From Halalkalibacterium halodurans (GTDB taxonomy: Bacteria; Bacillota; Bacilli; Bacillales; Bacillaceae_D), in NCBI RefSeq assembly GCF_004376175.1, contig NZ_SNUY01000007.1:63223-95222 (forward strand): DNA of 32,000 bases, given 5' to 3'. Below are positions 8,278 to 16,580 of this stretch, one piece after another. Numbering within the stretch: the stretch's first letter is position 1; each line of letters starts with the position of its first letter. A program made the position numbers and the translations under genes. The notes below the pieces were generated by a model. The model did not search any database. It had not been told where the DNA came from and was given only the letters and a program-made list of their open reading frames with translations.

Positions 8278-8703
8278 TTAATTCAATTTATATAGATGCT
8301 TGAGTTGATCCCCTGAAAATTTGACTGACACCTTCTGCCCGTCAAGGTCAGATGGAATCGAAGAGTCGACTTCATCATCAACCACAACTATGACTTGTTG
8401 GATGGTTAAACGTGAATCTATCTCATCGATAACCGTTAGATTCTCAAATTCTTCGAGATCATCGGGAACCTTGAGATTGATATCATAGCTGAATTCTTCT
8501 TCTTTCCCAACTTCTTTACTCGTTTGCCCCTCCACCTCTTTGGATAGGACCCATTCGTCTTCCGATTGGTTCCCCTCTGCGTAGAGAGGTGCAGGATACA
8601 TTGGCAGTATGCCACTGCTAATGACTAAAAAGACCATGAAAAGCGTGAGATACTGTTTAAAAGTGTTGACTATGATCCTCTTTTTCAATGATTCTCCCTC
8701 CAT
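8278..8703 (-). CDS. N-terminal fragment of the surface protein: signal peptide plus first half of a pilin/isopeptide-type domain
   Basis: Signal peptide, then FSYDINLKVPDDLEEFENLTVIDEIDSRLTIQQVIVVVDDEVD...DGQKVSVKFSGDQLKHL. This matches the layout of Gram-positive fimbrial/Cna-B-like isopeptide-forming domains. The last 4 codons (YKLN*) are IS-derived. Confidence 0.8.
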   Translation of the reverse strand: MEGESLKKRIIVNTFKQYLTLFMVFLVISSGILPMYPAPLYAEGNQSEDEWVLSKEVEGQTSKEVGKEEEFSYDINLKVPDDLEEFENLTVIDEIDSRLTIQQVIVVVDDEVDSSIPSDLDGQKVSVKFSGDQLKHLYKLN

Positions 8704-9155
8704 TTTTTCAAAATGTATACAGAATTCTCTCTCGAACGACTCCTTTCTACAACGTATTTATTGTCAATTACACAATTAGACAATATGTTACAAATTTTAC
8801 TCTCTATATATAGATAAATCCTCCTAATTTTTATAATTAGGACTACAAAATGAACAGAAGGTTCTAAATTTACAGTTTTTTCAGATTTTGTACAGATTTT
8901 ATTAAGGATAAAACGACTAGTTATTTTATATAAATATTGATTTTTAATGATATTAAATAACTACAAATAATCAACGGTAAGTGAAATTAAATTTCATATC
9001 CAGTGATCCCACTTTCAACAAAAAGTGGCGCTCAACATTCCTTCTTTCTCACCAACGATCAATTCTTCTGTAGTAGATCTATTTCATTTGTTCTATTTTT
9101 TCGATACAATAATACTCAAATGAATGTTTGAATATTATTCGTAAGGAGATGTCGG

Positions 9156-10208
9156 ATGGAATCTATTAAAGTGGTGATTGTCGGCGGAGGCCAAGCCGGA
9201 ATAGCAATGGGATATTATCTCGTAAAAGAAAAGGTACCGTTTATGATTCTAGATGCTAACGAGCAAGTGGGCGATTCGTGGAGAAACCGTTATGATTCCT
9301 TAGTTTTATTTACACCACGAACATATAGTCAGCTACCTGGCTTTCCAATGGACGGTGCCCCAAATGGATTTCCAACCAAAGACGAAATGGCATCCTATTT
9401 GCAACAATATGCAAACCATTTCAACCTTCCCATGCGACATCACACAAAGGTTGATAGGGTCACTCGGCAACAAAATGGGCGGTTTCACCTAAAGACAACT
9501 AACGGATGGATAGAAGCAGAAAAAGTCGTCATCGCAACAGGGGCATTTCAAAAGCCATACCTCCCTCCAGTGCTGGATTCAGCAAACAACGAAATGAGTC
9601 AAGTTCATTCATCAGCGTATCGTAATCCTGCACAAATCCCCGGGAAATCCGTATTAGTTGTAGGAGGAGGAAACTCGGGAGCTCAAATAGCAGTAGAATT
9701 AGCAAAAGAGCGAAACGTAACGATGGCGATCAGTCATCCCTTCCGTTTTTTACCACTCAAGCTTTTAAACAAAAGCATGTTTAGTTGGCTGGAATGGGGT
9801 GGATTGTTGTACGCAGGGATTGATACCACAAGAGGACGATGGTTTAAAAAACAGAAAGATCCGATCTTCGGAAAAGAACTGAAATCATTGATCAAAAAAG
9901 GCCAGATCCATCTAAAGCCTAGAGTCATGAACGTTCAAGGGAAAGAAGTTGAATTTGCAGACCATAGCCGGCTGTCATTTGATCGCATCATCTGGTCCAC
10001 TGGATTCTCTCCCTCGTACGAATGGATTGACATCGACGGCGTCATTGCAACCAACGGCTGGCCGATACACAACCGAGGGATCACAAACATACGCGGGCTT
10101 TATTTTTTAGGGTTGCCGTGGCAATATCAGCGTGGCTCCGCCCTCGTTTGTGGAGTTGGTCGGGATGCGGAATACCTCGTCCCTTTTATTAAACACGGGG
10201 ATAAATAA
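9156..10208 (+). CDS. czcO: FAD/NAD(P)-binding flavin monooxygenase-like oxidoreductase, CzcO-like
   Basis: 350 aa with two Rossmann GxGxxG motifs (VIVGGGQAG; VVGGGNSG). DSWRNRYDSLVLFTPR and GLPWQYQRGSALVCGVGRDA resemble B. subtilis CzcO as I recall it. SD AAGGAG lies 7 nt upstream. Confidence 0.85.
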   Translation: MESIKVVIVGGGQAGIAMGYYLVKEKVPFMILDANEQVGDSWRNRYDSLVLFTPRTYSQLPGFPMDGAPNGFPTKDEMASYLQQYANHFNLPMRHHTKVDRVTRQQNGRFHLKTTNGWIEAEKVVIATGAFQKPYLPPVLDSANNEMSQVHSSAYRNPAQIPGKSVLVVGGGNSGAQIAVELAKERNVTMAISHPFRFLPLKLLNKSMFSWLEWGGLLYAGIDTTRGRWFKKQKDPIFGKELKSLIKKGQIHLKPRVMNVQGKEVEFADHSRLSFDRIIWSTGFSPSYEWIDIDGVIATNGWPIHNRGITNIRGLYFLGLPWQYQRGSALVCGVGRDAEYLVPFIKHGDK

Positions 10209-10280
10209 AGAAGATCTATGGCTTTTAGTCACTGCCGTCGTAAGATAGAAACTTTGCCGGGGTTACTTCATGGATTCCGA

Positions 10281-10310
10281 TCATCCCATCATACTGCTCT
10301 GATGGGATGA
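10281..10310 (+). terminator. Perfect 11-bp hairpin downstream of czcO (weak terminator candidate)
   Basis: TCATCCCATCA (10281-10291), loop tactgctc, TGATGGGATGA (10300-10310). Only a poor T-tract follows (gtcgacgtttatc). Confidence 0.3.
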
Positions 10311-10586
10311 GTCGACGTTTATCTACACCCGACTCCCTTTCAGTTCATTCTGAGTGTAACCAACTGTCTTCGGCGGTTGTGGGTACGGGTAGAAAAAAAC
10401 ATGATCCTGATGATGGATGCGAAAACAATTCCCTTTCAAAACTGTTTTTGCCGTGATTCCTTATCTTCATTCGCTTTCCTCTATTGTCTTGAATGAAGCC
10501 CTCCTTCATGTAAATTCCTATATGATAGCTTCGCCCCCCCTCTTTCCTTGCAATCAACTTTGTTTAATGGTAAAACAAAGTTAGTG

Positions 10587-10615
10587 CTTAAGGATACAGC
10601 TTTTCCGTGTATAAT
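10587..10615 (+). promoter_or_regulatory. Candidate sigma-A promoter for the sensor kinase operon
   Basis: Perfect -10 TATAAT at 10610-10615 preceded by TG. The -35 is poor (cttaag, 17-nt spacing). A 10-bp inverted repeat (10556-10582, AACTTTGTTT/AAACAAAGTT) lies just upstream. Confidence 0.3.
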
Positions 10616-10721
10616 GTTCATCTATATTGGAAATATCTTACCTTTTTGTTAGACAAACACGAAAAAATACCTATGACACCTCCTGTATGTTTGGTAGACT
10701 AATAAAGAACGAGCGAACAAC

Positions 10722-12539
10722 ATGTCTATACATCTTTTTGATCGAGAGGTGTTTCATTTGCTAGGAAAACGAAAAAAGTGGAACACGTTGCGCAATCAAA
10801 TTTTTATAAACTTTATTTCTGTGATGGTCGTCGTCCTTCTCTTCGTAGGCTTTATCACCTTCAATTTGGTCATGGATATTTTAAAAGGGAATGCGGAGAA
10901 ACAAATGGAACAAACGGCCATCGAAACTCTCCATCGCGTCGATTCTCAATTTGAGGCCATTGAAATGATTATGAGTCAAATTGCGACGAACGGGTCTATC
11001 CAACAGCTTCTCTACAATGAAGCCAACGGCCACCCGACCACATTTGAGCAACGTCAATCGATGAATCAAGTGATTAATAGTTACCAGGCATACATTACGG
11101 GCATCACGTCCTTTGAGCTTTACTTTACGGATTACCGCCGGTTGTTTCCGCTCAATGAACTGGCGTTGCCATCAAGGATTCGCTATGAATGGATTGAGAT
11201 GGCCCTAGAGGAAAATGGGCGAGTGGTCTGGTCAGGGATCGACCCTCTTGATGCCGACTCCTTTCTCACACTCAAAAAAGTAAACTTACTAGATCAAGAC
11301 TTTTCACACGGTGGCTATTTAGTCAGCAAAGTCAATACAAACTACTTTGAACTTCGACAAGGAAATGGTCAACTTGACATGGACAACCAGTATGTTGCCC
11401 TCTTTGACCAACAAGGACAGTTCATTACGACAAATATGCCAGAAGAATGGCACGATCAGATTGCGCCAAAGACAGATAAGCAAGTCGTCACGATGGATGG
11501 AACCGACTATGTACGTGTAGAAGCAGCTTCGAATAAAACCGGATGGTCTCTACTCATATATACGCCTGTCCACTCGCTCGCTCAAGGGATTACTGGTATC
11601 GGCACCGCGATTCTTGTCGCTGGTGGGATTGGTTTGCTTATTTTTACGATCTCAACCTATTTCCTCTCATCATTAATCACAAATCCGATCCAGCGCCTCA
11701 CACACGCGATGCGATTCGGAACACTCGGGGCATTAAAAGAGAGCCCTTCGATCGCTTCGACTGTTGAGCTAAATGAACTAAACGATACGTATAACCGAAT
11801 GGTCGAGACGACGAACTATTTAATCAAAGTCGTATACGAGCAAGAGCTAACACAAAGTCGCGCCGAACTGAAAGCGCTTCAATCCCAAATCAACCCCCAC
11901 TTCCTATTTAACACACTTGAGGCGCTGTACTGGTCACTTGAAGAAAAAAATGAAGAGCAAGCCGAGGTCGTCATTGCCTTAGCCGAGCTATTTCGTTACA
12001 CGATCTCTGACGTCAAGGGAGACGACTGGGTTGCATTACACGAGGAATTTGATCATATCGAACGTTATTTACACATCATGAAGCTGCGCTATGATCACCG
12101 GTTAGCCTGGGAAATTGAGCTTGATCCTTCACTGCGTGAGGTGCAAATCCCGAAGCTCCTCGTTCAGCCTGTCGTTGAAAATGCGATCATCCACGGGATT
12201 GGCAACAAAGTGGACGGAGGAAAAGTACAAGTGAGTGCCTACACTAGCGTAAAACAAGGCTATGTCAACATCACTGTCCGAGATGATGGACAAGGAATGG
12301 ATGAAAAGACGAAGCAGAAGCTTGAGCACTCCTTGGAAACACGGGTCGGCCATCCGGAAAAGCGGAGCGGGATTGCCCTCGTCAACATTAGGCAGCGATT
12401 GGATTTGTGCTATGCATCCGATCCTCACACGAGCATTGAGTTGACGAGTCGTCATGGGGTAGGAACAACGGTCACTTTTACCATTCCGAAAAAGGAGGCG
12501 CCTTCGGATGAAGCAACAAACGGTCCTGATCGTAGATGA
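10722..12539 (+). CDS. Two-component sensor histidine kinase, YesM/LytS-type (HAMP + His_kinase PF06580 + HATPase)
   Basis: Two TM helices (FINFISVMVVVLLFVGFITF; AILVAGGIGLLIFTISTYFLSSLI) flank an extracytoplasmic domain. The H-box is LQSQINPHFLFNTL, with ATPase boxes VENAIIHG and RDDGQGM. An alternative start is TTG 10758, 6 nt after GAGAGGTG. Confidence 0.9.
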   Translation: MSIHLFDREVFHLLGKRKKWNTLRNQIFINFISVMVVVLLFVGFITFNLVMDILKGNAEKQMEQTAIETLHRVDSQFEAIEMIMSQIATNGSIQQLLYNEANGHPTTFEQRQSMNQVINSYQAYITGITSFELYFTDYRRLFPLNELALPSRIRYEWIEMALEENGRVVWSGIDPLDADSFLTLKKVNLLDQDFSHGGYLVSKVNTNYFELRQGNGQLDMDNQYVALFDQQGQFITTNMPEEWHDQIAPKTDKQVVTMDGTDYVRVEAASNKTGWSLLIYTPVHSLAQGITGIGTAILVAGGIGLLIFTISTYFLSSLITNPIQRLTHAMRFGTLGALKESPSIASTVELNELNDTYNRMVETTNYLIKVVYEQELTQSRAELKALQSQINPHFLFNTLEALYWSLEEKNEEQAEVVIALAELFRYTISDVKGDDWVALHEEFDHIERYLHIMKLRYDHRLAWEIELDPSLREVQIPKLLVQPVVENAIIHGIGNKVDGGKVQVSAYTSVKQGYVNITVRDDGQGMDEKTKQKLEHSLETRVGHPEKRSGIALVNIRQRLDLCYASDPHTSIELTSRHGVGTTVTFTIPKKEAPSDEATNGPDRR

Positions 12540-13281
12540 TGAACCTCGTTCGCGCAGGGGATTAAAACGGACGCTCGAAGCATGGTCTCCTAAGCTGTTA
12601 AACGTCCAAACCGCAGCAAGCGCGAAAGAGGCGATAACACGATTAAATGAAGAAACGATTGACCTGTTAATTACCGATATTCGCATGCCAGAAATGTCTG
12701 GATTGCATTTAGTCAAAGCCCTTCAGGAGCAAAATCCGAAACCGGTCTGCATCGTCATTTCCGCCTACTCAGAGTTCGAATATGCCCATACCGCCCTCGA
12801 ATTAGGAGTGCGTCATTATTTGCTGAAACCTGTCAAAAAAGAAAAGCTGATCGAAGCAGTGGAAAGCGCCCTGCAAATGAAGAAAGAACAAGATCGCTTC
12901 GGTCAGGTGGAAAAAGTGTGGGACGAGAAAATCGATGCGATTGAAAAGGAACGACTTAGCTCCTCGGACTCGATCCATGAAGCGCTGCACTACATCGATG
13001 CCCATCTCGATCAAAAAATTGGCCTGAAGGATGTAGCGAAGAGCGTTCATTTAAACCCGAGCTATTTGAGCGCTCTTTTTAAAGAAAAAACAAACATGAC
13101 GTTCAGTGAGTATCTCACGCGAAAACGGCTGCAGCACGCCAAGCACCTCCTCGTCTCAACCGACCGGCCCATTAGTGACATTGCGGAGAAATGCGGCTAC
13201 CAAACGGCCAAATATTTCATCAAAATTTTCAAGGAACACGAAGGAATGACGCCAACTCAATATCGAAAAGGGACCGAATAG
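12508..13281 (+). CDS. Response regulator with AraC/XylS-type HTH output (YesN-like)
   Basis: Receiver domain motifs (VLIVDDE, LLITDIRMPEMSG, ISAYSEF, YLLKP) and a C-terminal AraC HTH (YLSALFKEKTNMTFSEYLTRKRLQHAKHLL...GYQTAKYFIKIFKEHEGMTPTQYRK). SD AAAGGAGG is present, and the gene overlaps the kinase gene by 32 nt. Confidence 0.92.
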   Translation: MKQQTVLIVDDEPRSRRGLKRTLEAWSPKLLNVQTAASAKEAITRLNEETIDLLITDIRMPEMSGLHLVKALQEQNPKPVCIVISAYSEFEYAHTALELGVRHYLLKPVKKEKLIEAVESALQMKKEQDRFGQVEKVWDEKIDAIEKERLSSSDSIHEALHYIDAHLDQKIGLKDVAKSVHLNPSYLSALFKEKTNMTFSEYLTRKRLQHAKHLLVSTDRPISDIAEKCGYQTAKYFIKIFKEHEGMTPTQYRKGTE

Positions 13282-13386
13282 GAACACCTTAAAATAGTGG
13301 TATTTTGGACAATCATTGTGACCTTATCCCCTTCGTCCTCCGTTGCTATACTTAAGACAATGAATAAACAAAGGGGGAAACAAAAA

Positions 13387-14703
13387 GTGAAAAGGAAAAC
13401 GCTTACAAGTTGGGTCGCGCTCGCTTTTGCTTCCGTCATGCTTCTTGCTGGCTGCGGCGGTGGAAATGACGAAGCAAGCGGGCCAGATACTTCTACTGAA
13501 GAGGACGTGACGATTAATTTCATGCATCTTTGGCCACAAGGAAGCTCTCCGGATCATAACCGAATCGTCAACCAAATCATTAGCGAATTTGAGGCGGACA
13601 ATCCTCATATTACCGTCGAGCTAGAAGTGTTAGAAAACGAACAATATAAAAACAAGCTGCAAGTCATTTCATCCTCCAATCAACTTCCTGACGTTGGGAT
13701 GACTTGGCCTGCCGGATTCCTAGAGCCTTATGTAAACGGGAAGTTGTTCACTCCGCTTGACGATATTCTTGAAGATGGGTTGCGAGAGCAATTTGTCGCA
13801 GGGACGGTCGAAGCCTATGAAATCGACGGTCAAGCCTACGCTCTTCCACTTGAATTAAACATCGCCCCTGTGTTTTACAACAAGGCGATTTTTGATGAGT
13901 ATGGACTTGAAGCACCTGAAACGTACGAAGAATTTATACACGTTGTGGATACCCTTGTGGAAAACGGGGTGACCCCGATTGCTCTAGGAAACCGTGACCG
14001 CTGGACAGGGTCCCTATGGTATATGTACATGGCCGAACGGATCGGGGGCGCAGATGCGTTAAATTCTGCGATCGACCGAAGCGGGTCCTTTGAAGATGAG
14101 CGGCTAATCGACGCAGCGGCGCACATTCAAGAGTTAATTGATCGCGACGCATTCATCCGTGGATTCAACGGCTTATCTGATCAGGAAGCGAAAGCTGAAT
14201 TTATGAATGGCGGGGCTGCCATGTATTTAATCGGCTCATGGGATTTGCCGAACTATACAACAAATGAGGAAGTACCACAAGAATTCCGTGACGGTATTAG
14301 CTTCTTTAAATTTCCGACCATTGACGGTGGAGAAGGAGACATTAACAGCTGGGTCGGTGGTCCTGGGGTTGGATTGTTTGTCGCTGAAAACTCCGATGTG
14401 AAAGAAGAAGCCAAACAATTTGTCAAATACTTTATCGAAGAGTGGGGTAAATATTCAGTCGAGGATGCAGGCGTTATTCCTGGTACCCAAGTCAATACCG
14501 ATGAGGTGGATCTCCCTGATCTCTTTATCGACGTGCTCGATGAATTAAACCACGCCTCTGACATTACACTGTTTGCAGATGTGCAAATGAGTGCGAGCGT
14601 TGCAGAGACGCATTTGAATATGATTCAATCCCTTTTCGGTCATGAGGTCACACCAGAGGCATTCGCTGAGGAACACGAAAAAGCGCTCTCAGCAGAAGAT
14701 TAA
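13387..14703 (+). CDS. ABC transporter extracellular solute-binding lipoprotein (CUT1 sugar family)
   Basis: The best start is GTG 13387, 8 nt after AAGGGGGA, giving MKRKTLTSWVALAFASVMLLAGC with the lipobox LLAGC. The body is typical of family-1 sugar SBPs. The track ORF start at 13297 lacks an RBS. Confidence 0.9.
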   Translation: MKRKTLTSWVALAFASVMLLAGCGGGNDEASGPDTSTEEDVTINFMHLWPQGSSPDHNRIVNQIISEFEADNPHITVELEVLENEQYKNKLQVISSSNQLPDVGMTWPAGFLEPYVNGKLFTPLDDILEDGLREQFVAGTVEAYEIDGQAYALPLELNIAPVFYNKAIFDEYGLEAPETYEEFIHVVDTLVENGVTPIALGNRDRWTGSLWYMYMAERIGGADALNSAIDRSGSFEDERLIDAAAHIQELIDRDAFIRGFNGLSDQEAKAEFMNGGAAMYLIGSWDLPNYTTNEEVPQEFRDGISFFKFPTIDGGEGDINSWVGGPGVGLFVAENSDVKEEAKQFVKYFIEEWGKYSVEDAGVIPGTQVNTDEVDLPDLFIDVLDELNHASDITLFADVQMSASVAETHLNMIQSLFGHEVTPEAFAEEHEKALSAED

Positions 14704-14713
14704 GTATGGAAAA

Positions 14714-14748
14714 GGGCGATCTTCCTCTGAAGATCCCCCCTTTCTTTT
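14714..14748 (+). terminator. Intra-operon stem-loop/partial terminator after the SBP gene
   Basis: GGGCGATCTTC (14714-14724), loop ctct, GAAGATCCCCC (14729-14739) with one mismatch, then CTTTCTTTT. It lies between the SBP stop (14703) and the permease SD (AAAGGAGAG). Confidence 0.55.
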
Positions 14749-14777
14749 GACCTTTTACCTCGAAAGGAGAGTCACTC

Positions 14778-15659
14778 ATGGACCGAATCATGTCAGACAA
14801 AAAAGTGATCGCTCTGTATGTCCTTCCCGCCCTCCTGTTAATTCTTGTCCTTATTTATATTCCGATTGTATTGACAGGCTACTACGGGCTAATGGATTGG
14901 GATGGCATCGGACCGATGACGTTTATCGGCTTAGAAAACTACGCAAATTTACTTGTGGATAAAATGTTTTGGAGCAGCGCCTATCATTCGCTGTTGTTAG
15001 CTATTTTCTCCGTGCTTAGTCTCGTCATTTATTTGGCGATCTCTCTCGTACTAACGGGAAATATTAAAGGAGCTGACCTTTTCCGGAAAATTTTCCTGAT
15101 TCCTATGCTCCTTTCATCGGTTGCTATTGCTCAACTATGGATGAGAATCTATCATCCGACTAACGGTGTGTTTAATCGGTTTCTCACATCGCTCGGGATT
15201 GAGAATCCGCCATTATGGCTTTCCGACACAAATATCGTCTTGTTCGCGATCTTCATCCCGATTCTTTGGCAGTATGCGGGCTTTTACATTTTAATCTATT
15301 ATGCTGCCTTGCGAAATGTACCGAATGAGTTAGTAGAAGCGGCGCAAATCGACGGTGCCACACCGCTGCAAATTGCTTACAAAGTAAAGCTGCCGTTAAT
15401 TGCTGGTGTCATCAAAGTTACGGTCGTTCTCGCCGTCATCGGCTCACTGAAATATTTTGACTTGATCTATGTCATGACGGACGGTGGACCGAACGGGGCG
15501 AGTGAAGTGATGGCCTCTTACATGTACAAGCTTGCGTTTCGTACGAACGACTTCGGATACGGGAGCGCGATCGGCTTCTTCTTGCTCATCTTAATTTTAA
15601 TCATCACTTATTTCATTCGAAAAGGGACCACTTCAAAAGAAGATGGCGTCCAATATTAA
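14778..15659 (+). CDS. Carbohydrate ABC transporter permease (MalF/LplB-like)
   Basis: 293 aa, about 6 TM helices, EAA loop VEAAQIDGATPLQIAYKVKLP. The SD is 6 nt upstream. Confidence 0.92.
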   Translation: MDRIMSDKKVIALYVLPALLLILVLIYIPIVLTGYYGLMDWDGIGPMTFIGLENYANLLVDKMFWSSAYHSLLLAIFSVLSLVIYLAISLVLTGNIKGADLFRKIFLIPMLLSSVAIAQLWMRIYHPTNGVFNRFLTSLGIENPPLWLSDTNIVLFAIFIPILWQYAGFYILIYYAALRNVPNELVEAAQIDGATPLQIAYKVKLPLIAGVIKVTVVLAVIGSLKYFDLIYVMTDGGPNGASEVMASYMYKLAFRTNDFGYGSAIGFFLLILILIITYFIRKGTTSKEDGVQY

Positions 15660-15673
15660 AGGGGGGAACGTTG

Positions 15674-16555
15674 ATGAAGACAACCACACCTAATGCGAGC
15701 CCGGCTATCCTAGCGAACACACGGCCTCGCAAACTTTCAATCATCCGCATCCTTTTGTACATCGTGCTCATCGGGGTGGCCATCATTCAGCTTCTTCCTT
15801 TAGTATGGTTGCTCCTCTTCTCCTTAAAGGACAATCAAGAGGTGTTTAACCTCCCGCCGCTTGCCTTGCCGACCGACCCAAAATGGGAAAACTACGCCAA
15901 GGTTTGGACGGAAGGAAACATCGGCCTCTACTTTTTGAACAGCGTAATCGTGACCGGCTCTGCCGTCATTCTTACGGTTCTTTTAGCGAGCTTCGTCACA
16001 TTCGCCCTGACGAGAATGCACTGGAAGCTGAGCAAGCTCGTTCTTGGCTTATTTATGGTCGGTTTGATGATCCCTGTCCACTCGACGCTCATTCCGTTGT
16101 TTAATTTCTTTTTAAACGTCGGGTTAATGGATCATCCCCTTGCGATCATTTTGACGTATACGGCGTTCAATCTACCACTGACGATCATGATTTTGCTCGG
16201 CTTTTATTACACGCTCCCACGAGAGCTAGAAGAGGCAGCAATCATGGACGGTTGCTCCATCCATCGGCTATTTTTCCAAATTATTTTGCCGATGACCGCC
16301 CCTGTTGTTGCGACAACGGCGATCATTAATATGATCTATAACTGGAATGAGTTTGTCTTTGTCAACACGTTTATTAGCTCTGACAAATATAAAACGTTAA
16401 CCGTTGGTATTCAAAATTTTATCGGCCAATATTCGACGGATTGGGGGGCGATCGGTGCTACCCTTGTCATTAGCATCCTCCCGATTTTGCTTGCGTTTAT
16501 TTTCTTAAGCAACCGGATTGTGGAAGGGATCACAGCCGGCTCTGTGAAAGGTTAA
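15674..16555 (+). CDS. Carbohydrate ABC transporter permease (MalG/LplC-like)
   Basis: About 6 TM helices, EAA loop LEEAAIMDGCSIHRLFFQIILP. ATG 15674 lies 7 nt after GGGGGG (the track start is TTG 15671). Confidence 0.92.
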   Translation: MKTTTPNASPAILANTRPRKLSIIRILLYIVLIGVAIIQLLPLVWLLLFSLKDNQEVFNLPPLALPTDPKWENYAKVWTEGNIGLYFLNSVIVTGSAVILTVLLASFVTFALTRMHWKLSKLVLGLFMVGLMIPVHSTLIPLFNFFLNVGLMDHPLAIILTYTAFNLPLTIMILLGFYYTLPRELEEAAIMDGCSIHRLFFQIILPMTAPVVATTAIINMIYNWNEFVFVNTFISSDKYKTLTVGIQNFIGQYSTDWGAIGATLVISILPILLAFIFLSNRIVEGITAGSVKG

Positions 16556-16580
16556 TCAATAGAATCGAAGGAGTGATTTG

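Larger units (their letters stand above)
7148..8292 (-). mobile_element. Complete IS630/Tc1-mariner-family insertion sequence (1145 bp) with TA target duplication
   Basis: Imperfect terminal IRs: TATAAGTTGAATTTATCTTTTACAAT (7148->) versus TATAAATTGAATTAAAGGGTTACAAT (reverse complement from 8292), about 20/26 identical. It is flanked by TA at 7146-7147 and 8293-8294 within TATATA runs, so the exact boundary is ambiguous by 2-4 nt. It carries a two-ORF DDE transposase. From recall, the IS630-family member of B. halodurans C-125 is IS642 (unverified). Confidence 0.85.
769..8688 (-). pseudogene. Giant LPXTA-anchored DUF11-repeat surface protein gene, disrupted by an IS630 insertion and by a frameshifting deletion (about 2270 codons if repaired)
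   Basis: Three collinear minus-strand ORF pieces (8688->8295, 7145->5982, 5979->769). Removing 7148-8292 plus one TA joins ...GDQLKHL to VGKTVTVQVTVQLNDD... in frame. The second break at 5980/5981 lies inside a DUF11 repeat, where 8 codons present in sister repeats are replaced by 2 nt. The likely true start is TTG 8686-8688, 5 nt after GGAGGGAG, giving the signal peptide MKKRIIVNTFKQYLTLFMVFLVISSGILPMYPAPLYA/EG. Confidence 0.8.

Noticed and set aside
10345-10557. 70-aa minus-strand ORF in the czcO-kinase gap, and a 38-codon open frame at about 10215-10330 (…RRLIPSEQYDGMIGIHEVTPAKFLSYDGSD*)
   Set aside because: There is no convincing start or RBS and no family resemblance I can name. They could be relic fragments, but that is unsupported.
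12129-12716. 195-aa minus-strand ORF spanning the kinase/regulator junction
   Set aside because: It is antisense to two strongly supported genes, has no RBS and shows no recognisable motifs.
13297-13386. N-terminal extension of the SBP ORF (track start 13297), plus antisense ORFs 13257-13523 and 13324-13608
   Set aside because: There is no RBS at 13297, and the extension precedes a perfect SD + GTG + lipoprotein signal at 13387. The antisense ORFs lack support.
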